Source: a virus. Taken from it: a DNA stretch of 64,000 nucleotides. Location of the stretch: the UHGV virus genome UHGV-1493261; one strand, given 5' to 3'. Of this stretch, positions 9,087 to 17,759 are shown in pieces (the stretch's first letter is position 1; each line of letters begins with the position of its first letter). The notes under the pieces were generated by a model. It was not told the DNA's origin. It did not search any database and worked only from the letters and a program-made list of their open reading frames with translations. The position numbers were made by a program, and so were the translations under genes.

Positions 9087-9145
9087 CTTACTTTGTGAGT
9101 TAATAAAGTATATTATAACAGGAACTTTCATTTGGAGTTCCTGTT

Positions 9146-10075
9146 ATGTTTTACGAATTATTGATTTCTAAAGGCGGTAAACCGCATTTTATCAAGAAGT
9201 ATTTGAGGATGATTCAATCTTTCAAATATTCTGATGGTGACTACACTGAATTACACCACATCCTTCCCAAGAGCATGTTCCCTGAATATTCTAAAGATAA
9301 GATCAATTTGGCAAGACTTACTGGCAGGCAACATTATCTTGCCCATGTGTGTTTGGCCTTGGCTTTCCCGAATTCTGATATGGTATATGCTGTTATTTTG
9401 ATGAGCCGTGGGGGTAGGTATACACCAACGGGTATAAAATTTAATTCTCACCTTTACGAAAAGTTAAGGAAAGAATTTGGACAAAGAATATCCAAACTCA
9501 CAAAGGGTGTCTCTAAATGCGTCGGGGCAAACAACCCAATGTATGGGAGAAGAGGAAAGAATAATCCCCAATATAGATATAAGAGAACTCCAGAGCAAGT
9601 CAAGAAAATTACCAAAGGATTGATGAAAATCCATGAAAGGATGGCTTCTGATCCTGAATATAAAAGGCGGGTTTTAGAGAAACGCCGCGCCAACATGGAT
9701 TTAGAACAATTTTCTGAACGTGCCAGGAAAGCTAAACTTGGGGAACTTAATCCAAATCATGGCAAAGATATTACCAACACGTTTACCCCTGAACAACGAC
9801 AGAAACAAATAGAAGGTATTAGAAAAGCCCATTTATCAAAAATGCCCTGGGAGAAACCGCGTTGGTCTGATGAAAAGGACATGTATTGGGCGAAAGCTGA
9901 TAAATTCCTTGAAGCAATGAAAACAATGAAAAGAGCGGAAGCCCTCATGCATGTGTACGGAACAAAGGATTTGAAGGCTTTTAATGCGACAAACAGCATT
10001 ATCGAACGTTTCAATAGAGGGTGGGAACCTTTGAAATGTCCTAAATGGACAGAACGATACGGTTCTTCTGAATAA
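9146..10075 (+). CDS. HNH homing endonuclease with NUMOD-like repeats
   Basis: ELHHILPKSMFPEY...NLARLTGRQHYLAHV (HNH motif); NPMYGRRGKNNPQY and NPNHGK repeats. Visibly AT-rich codons compared with flanking genes. Free-standing between conserved genes. Confidence 0.8.
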   Translation: MFYELLISKGGKPHFIKKYLRMIQSFKYSDGDYTELHHILPKSMFPEYSKDKINLARLTGRQHYLAHVCLALAFPNSDMVYAVILMSRGGRYTPTGIKFNSHLYEKLRKEFGQRISKLTKGVSKCVGANNPMYGRRGKNNPQYRYKRTPEQVKKITKGLMKIHERMASDPEYKRRVLEKRRANMDLEQFSERARKAKLGELNPNHGKDITNTFTPEQRQKQIEGIRKAHLSKMPWEKPRWSDEKDMYWAKADKFLEAMKTMKRAEALMHVYGTKDLKAFNATNSIIERFNRGWEPLKCPKWTERYGSSE

Positions 10076-10138
10076 AGATTCCCTTTACTTCGTTCTTCAA
10101 TAACTCAATCCAGCGTATATTGACCTCACTTAAACGAA

Positions 10139-10178
10139 GCGCCCTGGCAAACGGGGCGCACATTTGAACTGAAACAGG
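10139..10178 (+). promoter_or_regulatory. GC hairpin / ATTTGAA cassette
   Basis: Hairpin GCGCCC-loop-GGGCGC (10139-10159) then ACATTTGAACTGAAAC and GGAAGATTACATCATG 10190. Confidence 0.4.
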
Positions 10179-10189
10179 AAGATTACATC

Positions 10190-12208
10190 ATGTCAGATTT
10201 TAAGTCCTTCGCAGTAGCTGTCAACAATAACGTGCTGGCCATGTCAGCAACTGGTCTGTTCATGACCAACATCGATAAAGATGCTCTGTGGGATCTGTAT
10301 CTGTCTTCTTTCCCTGCTGGCACTAACCCGCTTTATCGTGAGCGTACCGAGCACGACTGCACCTGCTGTAAACAATTCATCCGTAACATTGGCGGTGTGG
10401 TCACCATCGACTCCGACCTGAACGTGATCTCTATCTGGGATAACATTCAGCTGGGTAACGAATACGACGTTGTCTCTGCGGCGCTGTCAGCGTATGTTAA
10501 GCAGCACGCAATCGTCGACGTGTACTTCAACGACACCAAGAAAGTTGGTGTTGAGTCGAATCACGAAATGAAAGACGGTATTGTCCGCACCTACAACCAC
10601 TTCCACACCGACCTGCTGGGTAGCTATGTTCTGCGGGCAGATACCATCGCTTCTAAGAAGGGTGAAATCCGCCAGGCGATTGAAGTGTTTGAGCGCGGCC
10701 TGCGCGAACTGTCTCTGGAATCGGCTGAAATCGTCCTGGAACTGATCGATCAGAATTCTCTGTATCGCGGTGAAGAGCACAAAGCGGCAGTGCAGGCGTT
10801 CGTGGTGAACAAGACCATGTACGAACAAACTGCAGAAGAGAAACGCGCTCTGTGGGCTTGGCGCACTGGCTACCGTGCAAACGGTCATACCCCTCACGGC
10901 ATTCGTAATACCGTGATTGGCTCTCTGCTGGTAGACCTCAATGAAGGCCGGGATCTGGAAACCGCCGTGAAGTCCTTTGAAGCCAAAGTCGCTCCGACGA
11001 ACTACAAGCGCCCGACTGCGCTGGTGACAAAGTCGATGATCGAAAACGCGCAGAAAGAAGTCGAAGCGCTGGGTCTGACTGATTCGCTGGGTCGCCGTTA
11101 TGCCGTGTATGACGATCTGACCATCAACAACGTTCTGTTCGCCGATCTGGCAGCGCAGAAGAAGATGGACCCGTTTGCTCAACTGGCGTCTGAAGTGAAG
11201 ACTCCGACCAAGTCCCTGGATAAGGTTGAAGAGATCACCATCGACGACTTCCTGGCCAACGTGTTGCCAAAGGCGCATTCCATGGAAGTGCTGGTTGAGA
11301 ACTCTCACATTGGCAACCTGATGTCTCTGATCGCTCCGGCGAACCCAGATGCACCTAACCTGTTCAAGTGGAACAACGGCTTCAGCTGGTCATACAACGG
11401 TGAAGTGGCAGACTCCATCAAAGAGCGCGTGAAGACCGCTGGTGGCAACGTTGACAGCTTCCTCCGTGTGTCACTGGCTTGGCATAACAACGACGACCTG
11501 GATCTGAGCCTGAACGATCCTCTTCACAACCACGTGTACTTCCGCAACCGTCGTTCGTCAACAGGTGCAACCCTGGACATCGATATGAACGGTATGGATG
11601 GCATTGACCCAAATCGCCGTCCGGTGGAGAACATCTTCTTCAGCGATGAACGCAAGCTACGTGACGGGAATTATGAGTTCTATGTCACCAACTACAACAA
11701 GCGTGAAACCTGTGACGTTGGCTTCGAAATCGAAGTCGAATACAAAGGCCAGACCAAGCGCTTCTCACATCCTGGTCTGGGTAACAAAGATCGCACGTTG
11801 GCTGTTGTGGTTCAGGTTCGCGCTGGTCAGGTAGTAGACATCCGTTCCACCCTGAAAGACGACGAACGCTCTCAGGAAATCTGGGGTATCAAGACTGCTA
11901 CCTTCCAGAAAGTACAGCTGGTCCTGAATTCACCAAACCATTGGGACGGCGAGCAGACGGGCAACAAGCACGTGTTCTTCATCCTGGAAGGTTGCGCCAA
12001 CCCTGTGGGCACCCGTGGCTTCTACAACGAATATCTGAAGCCGGAACTGGATAAACACCGCAAGGTTTTTGAAATGTTAGGTGGTAAGATTAAAGTACAG
12101 CCAAGCACTGAGCAGCTGTCCGGTCTGGGCTTCTCTACCACCCAACGCAACCACGTGTTCGTGAAGGTGAGCGGCTCGTTCAACCGCACTGTGAAAGTTG
12201 TGTTCTAA
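10190..12208 (+). CDS. hypothetical protein (672 aa)
   Basis: Long ORF with strong initiation context GGAAGATTACATCATG and upstream GC hairpin plus ATTTGAA element. No GHKL motifs, so not rIIA-like. Function unknown. Confidence 0.7.
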   Translation: MSDFKSFAVAVNNNVLAMSATGLFMTNIDKDALWDLYLSSFPAGTNPLYRERTEHDCTCCKQFIRNIGGVVTIDSDLNVISIWDNIQLGNEYDVVSAALSAYVKQHAIVDVYFNDTKKVGVESNHEMKDGIVRTYNHFHTDLLGSYVLRADTIASKKGEIRQAIEVFERGLRELSLESAEIVLELIDQNSLYRGEEHKAAVQAFVVNKTMYEQTAEEKRALWAWRTGYRANGHTPHGIRNTVIGSLLVDLNEGRDLETAVKSFEAKVAPTNYKRPTALVTKSMIENAQKEVEALGLTDSLGRRYAVYDDLTINNVLFADLAAQKKMDPFAQLASEVKTPTKSLDKVEEITIDDFLANVLPKAHSMEVLVENSHIGNLMSLIAPANPDAPNLFKWNNGFSWSYNGEVADSIKERVKTAGGNVDSFLRVSLAWHNNDDLDLSLNDPLHNHVYFRNRRSSTGATLDIDMNGMDGIDPNRRPVENIFFSDERKLRDGNYEFYVTNYNKRETCDVGFEIEVEYKGQTKRFSHPGLGNKDRTLAVVVQVRAGQVVDIRSTLKDDERSQEIWGIKTATFQKVQLVLNSPNHWDGEQTGNKHVFFILEGCANPVGTRGFYNEYLKPELDKHRKVFEMLGGKIKVQPSTEQLSGLGFSTTQRNHVFVKVSGSFNRTVKVVF

Positions 12209-12252
12209 ACCTGATTTGAAATTGTGTCCCATTCATCATTGAGGATAGTAAA

Positions 12253-12624
12253 ATGTTTGATAAAGTAACCCGTCTGAAACTGCGCTTCGAGTCTAACAAA
12301 GGTCTGCTGTCTGTTGAGCAGGTCTGGGACCTGAGCCTGACCGCTCTGAACGAAATGGCGAAAAGCCTGAGCCGTCAGGTGAAGGCAGCGGAAACCGATG
12401 AAGAAGATTTCATTGGCACCAAAAGCAACGTTGACTCCGAACTGCAGCTGCGCTTCGACGTTGTCAAGCACATCATCGGCGTTAAGCTGAAAGAACGTGA
12501 CGACAGCAGAGACGCGGCAGAGCGTAAGGCGAACAACCAGGTTATCCTGGAGCTGATCCAGCGTAAGAAACAGCAAGAGCTGGAAAGCAAATCTGTTGAA
12601 GAACTGGAAGCGCTGCTGAAATAA
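12253..12624 (+). CDS. hypothetical coiled-coil protein
   Basis: 123 aa, GAGGA RBS, followed by a rho-independent terminator at 12647-12675. The overlapping minus ORF 12205..13050 looks antisense. Confidence 0.55.
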   Translation: MFDKVTRLKLRFESNKGLLSVEQVWDLSLTALNEMAKSLSRQVKAAETDEEDFIGTKSNVDSELQLRFDVVKHIIGVKLKERDDSRDAAERKANNQVILELIQRKKQQELESKSVEELEALLK

Positions 12625-12646
12625 CCCTGTTGGCCTCGGCCTGAGC

Positions 12647-12675
12647 AACCCCGCCATGTGCGGGGTTTCTTTTGG
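12647..12675 (+). terminator. rho-independent terminator
   Basis: CCCCGC / loop CATGT / GCGGGG then TTTCTTTTGG, after the stop at 12624. Confidence 0.6.
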
Positions 12676-12684
12676 ACAAAGAAT

Positions 12685-13059
12685 ATGAAACCTGTTATAT
12701 GTGATTACTGTGGCCTCCCAGCCGAATTCGTCGGTGGTGATGTTCTCTACCCTCATCGCCCTGACCTCCGTAATCTGAAGTTCTGGGTTTGCACCCCGTG
12801 TGATGCCCGTGTCGGTTGCCATGCCCATGGCGGCGGCAGACAACCTTTGGGAAGGATGGCGAATGCCGCTCTCCGTGCCGAGAAGCAAAATGCCCATAGA
12901 TCGTTTGACCCATTGTGGAAAAGCGGAGAGAGGAGCAGGAGCGACGCTTACAGTTGGCTGGCGCATAAGCTGGGGATAAAGAAGCGTGAGTGTCATATTG
13001 GTTTGTTCGATATCGACATGTGCCGTAAAGTAGTGGAGGTCTGTAAACAAATATCATAG
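12685..13059 (+). CDS. zinc-finger protein (Cys-rich)
   Basis: Start at ATG 12685 inside track ORF 12658. CDYCG...CTPCDARVGCH Cys/His cluster. Weak RBS. Confidence 0.45.
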   Translation: MKPVICDYCGLPAEFVGGDVLYPHRPDLRNLKFWVCTPCDARVGCHAHGGGRQPLGRMANAALRAEKQNAHRSFDPLWKSGERSRSDAYSWLAHKLGIKKRECHIGLFDIDMCRKVVEVCKQIS

Positions 13060-13067
13060 GATAACAC

Positions 13068-13940
13068 ATGACAAATCGTACTGGCATAAAACTCACTCCT
13101 GAAGTCCTGAAGTCACATATCGCTGAGGTGATTTACGAAGACCGCGAAGTCGGCGGTCACCGGGCTATCACTTGTCATTTCAAGATGGATAACGGCTTCG
13201 TCGTTCACGGCACCAAGCCCAGCACATCCATAGACCCGGCCAACTTCGATGAAGCCCTGGGCAAAGAGATTTCCTACAATAACACCTTCGACCAGCTGTG
13301 GCAGCTGGAGGCGTACCGGGCGCTTGTTGAACAAGATCTGTTGGCCAAAGCCACGGAAACGGCAGAGATACAGATCGATCAATACGCTGTTGAACGTAGC
13401 GCCCTCTGTCCGGCCTATCACCTCGGCTTCAATGTGATGGTTCAGGAAGTGATGTTCAAAGCGGAAAATGGTGAGCGCTTCTTGGCATCTTTCGTTTGTG
13501 GGCCGGATGACATGGAACTTGTTGTTGAATCTCACAACGCCAAATCTCGTAAGGCTGTTAGTGATTTCCTGCGCGCCAACTCCAAACTCGATCTCACTTA
13601 TTCGCCATTGGTTCTGCGCATCGCCAAGATTTGTCATGAAGCCAACCGCGCATACTGCAAGTCTATTGGTGACGACTCTCAACTGCCTTGGGAACAATCT
13701 CCGGCCTGGCAGCGTGAGAGCGCTTGCAAAGGTGTTATCTTCCATCTCACTGGTGATCGTAAGCCCAGCGAATCGCATGAGAGATGGATGGCGGAGAAGG
13801 AGTCTGAGGGATGGGTGTATGGCCCAGTCAAAGACCCTCAGACCAAGCAACACCCTTGCATGGTTCCGTATGGAGAACTCCCGGTACAACAACGCTCCAA
13901 AGATTATATTTTCAAATCCATTGTAGACTCCTTTAAATAA
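13068..13940 (+). CDS. RyR-domain protein
   Basis: C-terminal HERWMAEKESEGWVYGPVKDPQTKQHPCMVPYGELPVQQRSKD matches the ryanodine-receptor (RyR) repeat pattern (W..GW.YG...D...K.HP.L.PY..L). N-terminal 200 aa unassigned. Confidence 0.6.
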   Translation: MTNRTGIKLTPEVLKSHIAEVIYEDREVGGHRAITCHFKMDNGFVVHGTKPSTSIDPANFDEALGKEISYNNTFDQLWQLEAYRALVEQDLLAKATETAEIQIDQYAVERSALCPAYHLGFNVMVQEVMFKAENGERFLASFVCGPDDMELVVESHNAKSRKAVSDFLRANSKLDLTYSPLVLRIAKICHEANRAYCKSIGDDSQLPWEQSPAWQRESACKGVIFHLTGDRKPSESHERWMAEKESEGWVYGPVKDPQTKQHPCMVPYGELPVQQRSKDYIFKSIVDSFK

Positions 13941-13974
13941 GCTCTGAATAATATTTCAACCTGTCAATAATATA

Positions 13975-14010
13975 ATGCCCGGTTATATTCAATCGGGCAT
14001 TTTTATTATA
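13975..14010 (+). terminator. rho-independent terminator
   Basis: ATGCCCG / 12-nt loop / CGGGCAT then TTTTATTAT. Preceded by TATAAT at 13971-13976. Confidence 0.55.
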
Positions 14011-14090
14011 TTAATTGGCATCAATACCGCCTGTCGTAATATAATAGTCCCATGTTGAAATAGTTGGGAAATATAACTCACGAGAGCCTG

Positions 14091-14267
14091 ATGACCGACA
14101 ACAAATTAAAACGCGCCGGACTTGATTGTCTTGACAATTCATTCCGCCCCAGTGATGTTCTGGTCGCCCAAATGGAAAACAACCGGGATTTCATTGAAAC
14201 TATGCTGGAGAACGCCGACGCGAACTCCAAACACTCCAAAGCCCAAAAAGGTCAAAACGATGATTGA
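14091..14267 (+). CDS. small hypothetical protein (58 aa)
   Basis: ATG 14091 after GAGAG; charged helical peptide; stop overlaps the start of the vWA gene by 8 nt. Below the 60-aa cut-off from this start. Confidence 0.3.
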   Translation: MTDNKLKRAGLDCLDNSFRPSDVLVAQMENNRDFIETMLENADANSKHSKAQKGQNDD

Positions 14268-16461
14268 GTCATTAACATTTAAGAATGCGGTTGCGACCGT
14301 CGCGCCGTCTAACCATGTAATCGTTGTGGATATCTCCGGTTCCATGTATCGTTCACTTCCAGAAGTCCGTAAGCATCTGAAGGAGAACCTGCCTTCCCTG
14401 GTGAAACCCGAAGATACTGTGAGCATCCTTTACTTTTCATCTCGCGGTGATTTCGGAACGGTATTTGCCGGACGTCAGATCGGTGTCGCATCTGACCTGA
14501 GCGAGCTGAATAAGCTGATCGACCGTTTCCTGCAACCATCCGGCTGTACTGGTTTTGTTGAGCCATTGAAACTGGCGATGGATACTGCGCGCGGCCTGAA
14601 GAAACCCGGCTACGTCAACAACCTGGCATTCATGACCGATGGTTATGACAACTGCTGGCGCTCCAATGAAATCCTGGATACCGCCGAAAAACTTCCTTCC
14701 GCGTTCGACAACGTTACATTCATCGAATACGGCTGGCACTGTAACCGTGAACTGCTGGCGCAGATGGCCGAACGCTCTGGTGCAACCCACGTTTTCGCCG
14801 AAGGTCAGACTGAATATCAGACCGAGCTGGAAAACGTGCTGAAGTCATCAGTGCCGAAGGTGAAAGTTGATGTCCCAGTCATCTACACCCATGCCATCTA
14901 CGTCGAAAACGGTGTGGCAACAGTACTGGCGGTGCAGGACGATGACGCTCACCCGGTCGGTTATGTGAGCATCCCTGAGAGCGTCACCAAGCTGTGGGTT
15001 GTAAACCCTAACATGATCGACCAGATGGATAGCCTGACGGACATCCAGGCGGCATACGTGCTGGCGTTCTACGGCGTACACACTATGGACGCAGATCTGG
15101 TTTGGGCTGCGCTGAAGAAGACGGGCGACGTTCGCTTCATCAAACAGTACAGCAACTGCTTCACCAAGCAGGACTACTCCAACATCAAGAACGATCTGAC
15201 CCAGGCCATCGTTGATGACCAGCTGCGCGGCGTTGACGGTATTGACTATGACCTGGTTCCAGCTGAAGATGCGACCACCGTCGTTGATGTGCTGACGTAC
15301 CTGGCTGAAGCTGGTGTGCCTGTTGCTACCAAGCATCCGATGTTCTCCTATAAGAGTATCGGGCGCGGTACGGTTCAGAAAACCGACGACACCGAAGACA
15401 AGCTGGCAGAACAGATCGCGAATGCTCAGTCCAAAGAAGAGCGTAAAGCCCTGGCTCTCAAGCTGGCAGAACACGAAGAGTGGAACCCGACGTTCGAACC
15501 TACCAACGACCTGGGTGTTGTGCCAATCAGCGATTTGGTCTATAATTCCGAACGCCCGAACATCAGTGTGCGTACAATTCAACACGGTACTGTGGCTGTG
15601 CCTGAATTCGCACAGAAGAAGTTTGGCCTGCCTGAAGAACTGGATACTTTCCAGTGGCGCAACTACACCATCGTCAAAGATGGTATCATCAACGTGAAGA
15701 CCCTGCCGTTCAAGGCTGATATCGAAGTTGTACAGAAGCTGATCGAAATGGGCGTCCACGTGTTTGGTGGTCCGGAAGTGTTCATCTTGAACCTGGAAAG
15801 CGTACCGCTGGTCAACCGCGCCATGGTCAAGAACATCAGTGCTGCTCAGTTCTTTGCGGATAATGTCCGTCTGGAAGCCCTGAAAGGCAAGCAGAAGGTG
15901 CTGAAGTTCTATCGAGACGCCCTGGTTGGTAAGGGTAACGCCAAAGGCCTGGCAGTACAGTACGGCGCTGAGGCGGCCGAGTTCCTGTCCTCCTATGGCA
16001 TCCGCGATTACGGCTTCTCACCGAAGACTGAGACCAAAGAGTCTACCGACTTCTACATGAGCCGTGAGCTGAACGTGAAGATCGCTGGCGCTTCTTCTCT
16101 ACCGTCTATCGCAGCGGTACAGAAGAAGATAGCCGAGAACAAGAAACTCAATGCTGGTGACTTGTTCATCGCCAATGCGCTGAAGGAGTACGAAGCATTC
16201 GTGAAGTCTCCTATGATCACTGCCGTGCCTGAAGCCTTACAGAAACATCTGATCGAAAACTGGATCGACGCTGCTGCCAAGGCGGCCATCACCGAAGTCC
16301 GTGCTCTGAACAAGACGCTGTCTAAAGTGGTGTATGGTATCGTTGCTGGTCATGGCTGGTTCACCGACCTCGACCTGGAAGAGTCCACCATGGAAGTTGA
16401 AGTGGATGGGGTGAAGTACAAGGTCACTGCCGAACTGGCAGAGAAAGAAATCAAAATCTAA
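14260..16461 (+). CDS. vWA-domain protein (MIDAS motif), 733 aa
   Basis: Start at ATG 14260 (AAAGG RBS) inside track ORF 14122. N-terminal VIVVDISGSM...ILYFSSRGD...FMTDG fits a von Willebrand A fold with DxSxS MIDAS. About 500 aa C-terminal unassigned. Confidence 0.7.
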   Translation: MIESLTFKNAVATVAPSNHVIVVDISGSMYRSLPEVRKHLKENLPSLVKPEDTVSILYFSSRGDFGTVFAGRQIGVASDLSELNKLIDRFLQPSGCTGFVEPLKLAMDTARGLKKPGYVNNLAFMTDGYDNCWRSNEILDTAEKLPSAFDNVTFIEYGWHCNRELLAQMAERSGATHVFAEGQTEYQTELENVLKSSVPKVKVDVPVIYTHAIYVENGVATVLAVQDDDAHPVGYVSIPESVTKLWVVNPNMIDQMDSLTDIQAAYVLAFYGVHTMDADLVWAALKKTGDVRFIKQYSNCFTKQDYSNIKNDLTQAIVDDQLRGVDGIDYDLVPAEDATTVVDVLTYLAEAGVPVATKHPMFSYKSIGRGTVQKTDDTEDKLAEQIANAQSKEERKALALKLAEHEEWNPTFEPTNDLGVVPISDLVYNSERPNISVRTIQHGTVAVPEFAQKKFGLPEELDTFQWRNYTIVKDGIINVKTLPFKADIEVVQKLIEMGVHVFGGPEVFILNLESVPLVNRAMVKNISAAQFFADNVRLEALKGKQKVLKFYRDALVGKGNAKGLAVQYGAEAAEFLSSYGIRDYGFSPKTETKESTDFYMSRELNVKIAGASSLPSIAAVQKKIAENKKLNAGDLFIANALKEYEAFVKSPMITAVPEALQKHLIENWIDAAAKAAITEVRALNKTLSKVVYGIVAGHGWFTDLDLEESTMEVEVDGVKYKVTAELAEKEIKI

Positions 16462-16465
16462 TCCA

Positions 16466-16493
16466 ACGGGCGGGTTGCCCCGCCTTTCTTTGG
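16466..16493 (+). terminator. GC hairpin with T-tract between vWA and ACP-like genes
   Basis: GGGCGGG / TTG / CCCCGCC then TTTCTTTGGG. Same hairpin family as the cassettes at 4972 and 17206. Confidence 0.45.
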
Positions 16494-16503
16494 GAGAAGT
16501 AGC

Positions 16504-16830
16504 ATGAGCAGTAAACCAACATATGTTGAAGTCATGCGTCATCTGGCTCAGTACGCCACTGACAATTTGAACTTAGATGCAGATGAGGTGAAATACCCAG
16601 ACGTCAAGAAAATGATTGACGGCGAAGTTGTCATAGACGATGCGTTGGACAAGTTTGCAGGCCTCCGCACCAAGAAAGATCTGGGTGGTGACGAACTCGA
16701 TACCATCGAAATCGTGATGGACCTGGAAGAAGAGTTCAACGTCGAAATCGACGACGGTTGGCTAGGTAGTAAAGGCGATGACCCGACCATGGGTGAACTC
16801 GCTGAACTCGTGGTTGCCCTGCGCAAATAA
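16504..16830 (+). CDS. acyl-carrier-protein-like protein lacking the phosphopantetheine serine
   Basis: DLGGDELDTIEIVMDLEEEFNVEID aligns with E. coli ACP [25 protein letters not shown] but has DELD in place of DSLD. GGGAGA RBS. Terminator at 16837-16866. Confidence 0.6.
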   Translation: MSSKPTYVEVMRHLAQYATDNLNLDADEVKYPDVKKMIDGEVVIDDALDKFAGLRTKKDLGGDELDTIEIVMDLEEEFNVEIDDGWLGSKGDDPTMGELAELVVALRK

Positions 16831-16836
16831 CAGAAG

Positions 16837-16866
16837 TCCCCAACAAACGTTGGGGATTTTTACTTT
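16837..16866 (+). terminator. rho-independent terminator
   Basis: TCCCCAAC / AAAC / GTTGGGGA then TTTTTACTTTT, after the ACP-like gene. Confidence 0.65.
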
Positions 16867-16872
16867 TAGGGG

Positions 16873-16902
16873 GTTTACTTCCTCTAAGGAATGTCCTATT
16901 AT
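16873..16902 (+). promoter_or_regulatory. sigma70/T4-early-like promoter (GTTTAC-N18-TATTAT)
   Basis: GTTTAC at 16873-16878, TATTAT at 16897-16902, upstream of gene 16954. Confidence 0.45.
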
Positions 16903-16953
16903 TCAATAACTGGCGAACGATGGGTTCACCGGGTTGAAAGGTAAGATTATATC

Positions 16954-17193
16954 ATGAAGAACAAAATGGTCGAAACTTCAGTAGAGATTGATCGCAATTG
17001 GGGATTGCTCCGCGCTAAAGGGTTCCGTCGTGTGTATGCGACCAAAGAAGTCTACGCACAGCGCCGTGACGTTATCATCAGCAAGAAAGGCAAAGAGTGG
17101 GTTGCTGAAGAAGTTGATGTCGAGACAGGCATCGTAGGAAAGGTAAAGGCCAAGGCCGTGATCCTCTTCGCTCTTCTGAAGCACATCAGTTAA
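16954..17193 (+). CDS. small basic hypothetical protein
   Basis: 79 aa. Initiation context AAGATTATATCATG. Upstream GTTTAC-N18-TATTAT promoter-like element. Confidence 0.5.
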   Translation: MKNKMVETSVEIDRNWGLLRAKGFRRVYATKEVYAQRRDVIISKKGKEWVAEEVDVETGIVGKVKAKAVILFALLKHIS

Positions 17194-17196
17194 TTC

Positions 17197-17240
17197 TATA
17201 ACTTTGGGCGGGGTATGATTACCCCGTCTATTTGAAATGC
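17197..17240 (+). promoter_or_regulatory. TATAAC / GC hairpin / ATTTGAAAT cassette
   Basis: TATAAC (17197-17202), hairpin GGGCGGGGTATGATTACCCCGTC (17206-17228), TATTTGAAATG (17229-17239), then AGGAACTATACCATG. Confidence 0.5.
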
Positions 17241-17252
17241 AGGAACTATACC

Positions 17253-17759
17253 ATGACCGATCAACAAATTCAAGATTTATTTTACCTCGTCCATGATAAG
17301 TCCCACATCATGCGCCCCGGTACTGTTTCCCCTGCCGTCCGTGATCTGGTGCAAGAATTGCGCGAACCACAGACGACCACACTTTATCGCGGGTTGCCTA
17401 AAGAGGACGTTGCGCGTTTAGAGATGATGTTTGAACGAGGCGACATGTTCCAGACATGGGATTCTTGCCTTAGCTTCAGTGAACTGAAGCATGTGGCCAA
17501 AAAATTTTCTAAATCGTACGGAACCCAAGCTGTTGCCCGCATTTGTTACAAACATCGAAACAGACTCCCGGAGGGGCTTAATGTCTATGGTTCTCTAGAA
17601 AAATTTGTGAACAAAGGCGATGAATCAGAAATGGATATGCTGGACTTGGCGTCCATGGAGAAAGAATGGATATTCTGCCAGCCTCGCGTCATACCAGTTT
17701 CAAGAAAAATGGCAACAGACGGGACGATGGTTTTTACCGTATCACTTGTTACTCTATAA
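17253..17759 (+). CDS. hypothetical protein
   Basis: Start at ATG 17253 with context AGGAACTATACCATG. Track start 17232 is a TTG inside the ATTTGAAAT element. 168 aa. Confidence 0.55.
   Translation: MTDQQIQDLFYLVHDKSHIMRPGTVSPAVRDLVQELREPQTTTLYRGLPKEDVARLEMMFERGDMFQTWDSCLSFSELKHVAKKFSKSYGTQAVARICYKHRNRLPEGLNVYGSLEKFVNKGDESEMDMLDLASMEKEWIFCQPRVIPVSRKMATDGTMVFTVSLVTL

Noticed and set aside
10487-11308. 273-aa minus-strand ORF inside the 672-aa gene
   Set aside because: Antisense frame of a long, well-initiated + gene.
10190-12208. Possible rIIA homolog
   Set aside because: No GHKL-type ATPase boxes (N-box E..N..DA, G-boxes) could be found by eye.
12205-13050. 281-aa minus-strand ORF overlapping two + strand genes
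   Set aside because: Leu/Arg/Gln/Phe-rich composition typical of an antisense frame. It overlaps + genes that have RBSs and a terminator between them, and has no promoter or RBS of its own.
13113-13892. 259-aa minus-strand ORF antisense to the RyR-domain gene
   Set aside because: Fully contained in the better-supported + gene; composition looks antisense-derived.
14848-15759. 303-aa minus-strand ORF inside the vWA gene
   Set aside because: Antisense to a long + ORF with a recognisable domain; no start signals.
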